The notes beneath the pieces were generated by a model. The model was not told the origin of the DNA and made no database searches. It saw only the letters and a list, made by a program, of their open reading frames with translations. The position numbers and the translations under genes are program-made. Shown here piece after piece: positions 50,768 to 50,984 of a stretch of DNA of 50,984 nucleotides. Source of the DNA: Coleofasciculus chthonoplastes F2-STO-03. Its GTDB lineage: Bacteria > Cyanobacteriota > Cyanobacteriia > Cyanobacteriales > Coleofasciculaceae. The stretch is from positions 1 to 50,984 of the forward strand of contig JAVJWO010000009.1 in the NCBI GenBank assembly GCA_040222015.1. Direction: 5' to 3'. Each line of letters starts with the position of its first letter. The first letter of the stretch is position 1.

Positions 50768-50984
50768 CTCGCCTCACAAGCAAACATTACAATTGGCTAC
50801 GATCAAGTTCACAACCAATCACTGATCGAGATCGCAATACCTAAATAAACTACCCAGACCTGCTAAGAGCTGAGGTCTGGGTTTTTAGTAGCCCTGAAGT
50901 CATCGAACAAGCTAAGACTTCGGCGTGAGCGCTCAGTCGAACGCTGAACATACTTAATAGTTCGGCTTAGCTTGCACGATAACC

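Noticed and set aside
1..50984. tRNA, rRNA, prophage or integrase genes
   Set aside because: None recognised by eye

Overview
This is a window from a filamentous cyanobacterium (Oscillatoriales/Coleofasciculus-like, inferred from dense HIP1 GCGATCGC octamers, 7-bp and 9-bp tandem repeats and GTAG-initiated palindromes). The first 21 kb is mostly core genes: a WD40 protein, mgtE, a GAF-PAS histidine kinase, a truncated phoX, an HTH-GAF protein, cobN, a sulfotransferase, cikA, pxcA and a UvrD-like protein. It also holds a non-coding stretch at 8.36-8.87 kb with two terminated structured-RNA candidates and a 10-bp-phased motif array. The 21-50 kb part is a variable island. A pilin-modification locus lacking HIP1 (pilA, two GT41/OGT-like enzymes, GT2/GT4 enzymes, methyltransferases) lies between two arrays of modular non-coding repeats (21.1-25.9 kb and 40.8-49.2 kb). 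These arrays carry toxin-antitoxin and nuclease cassettes (ParE-like, XisHI, Rpn, HNH, VapBC, ATPase-PD-(D/E)XK), often bounded by HIP1 sites. In three cases the toxin part is broken while the antitoxin-like part stays intact. All calls come from reading the sequence by eye; no searches were run.
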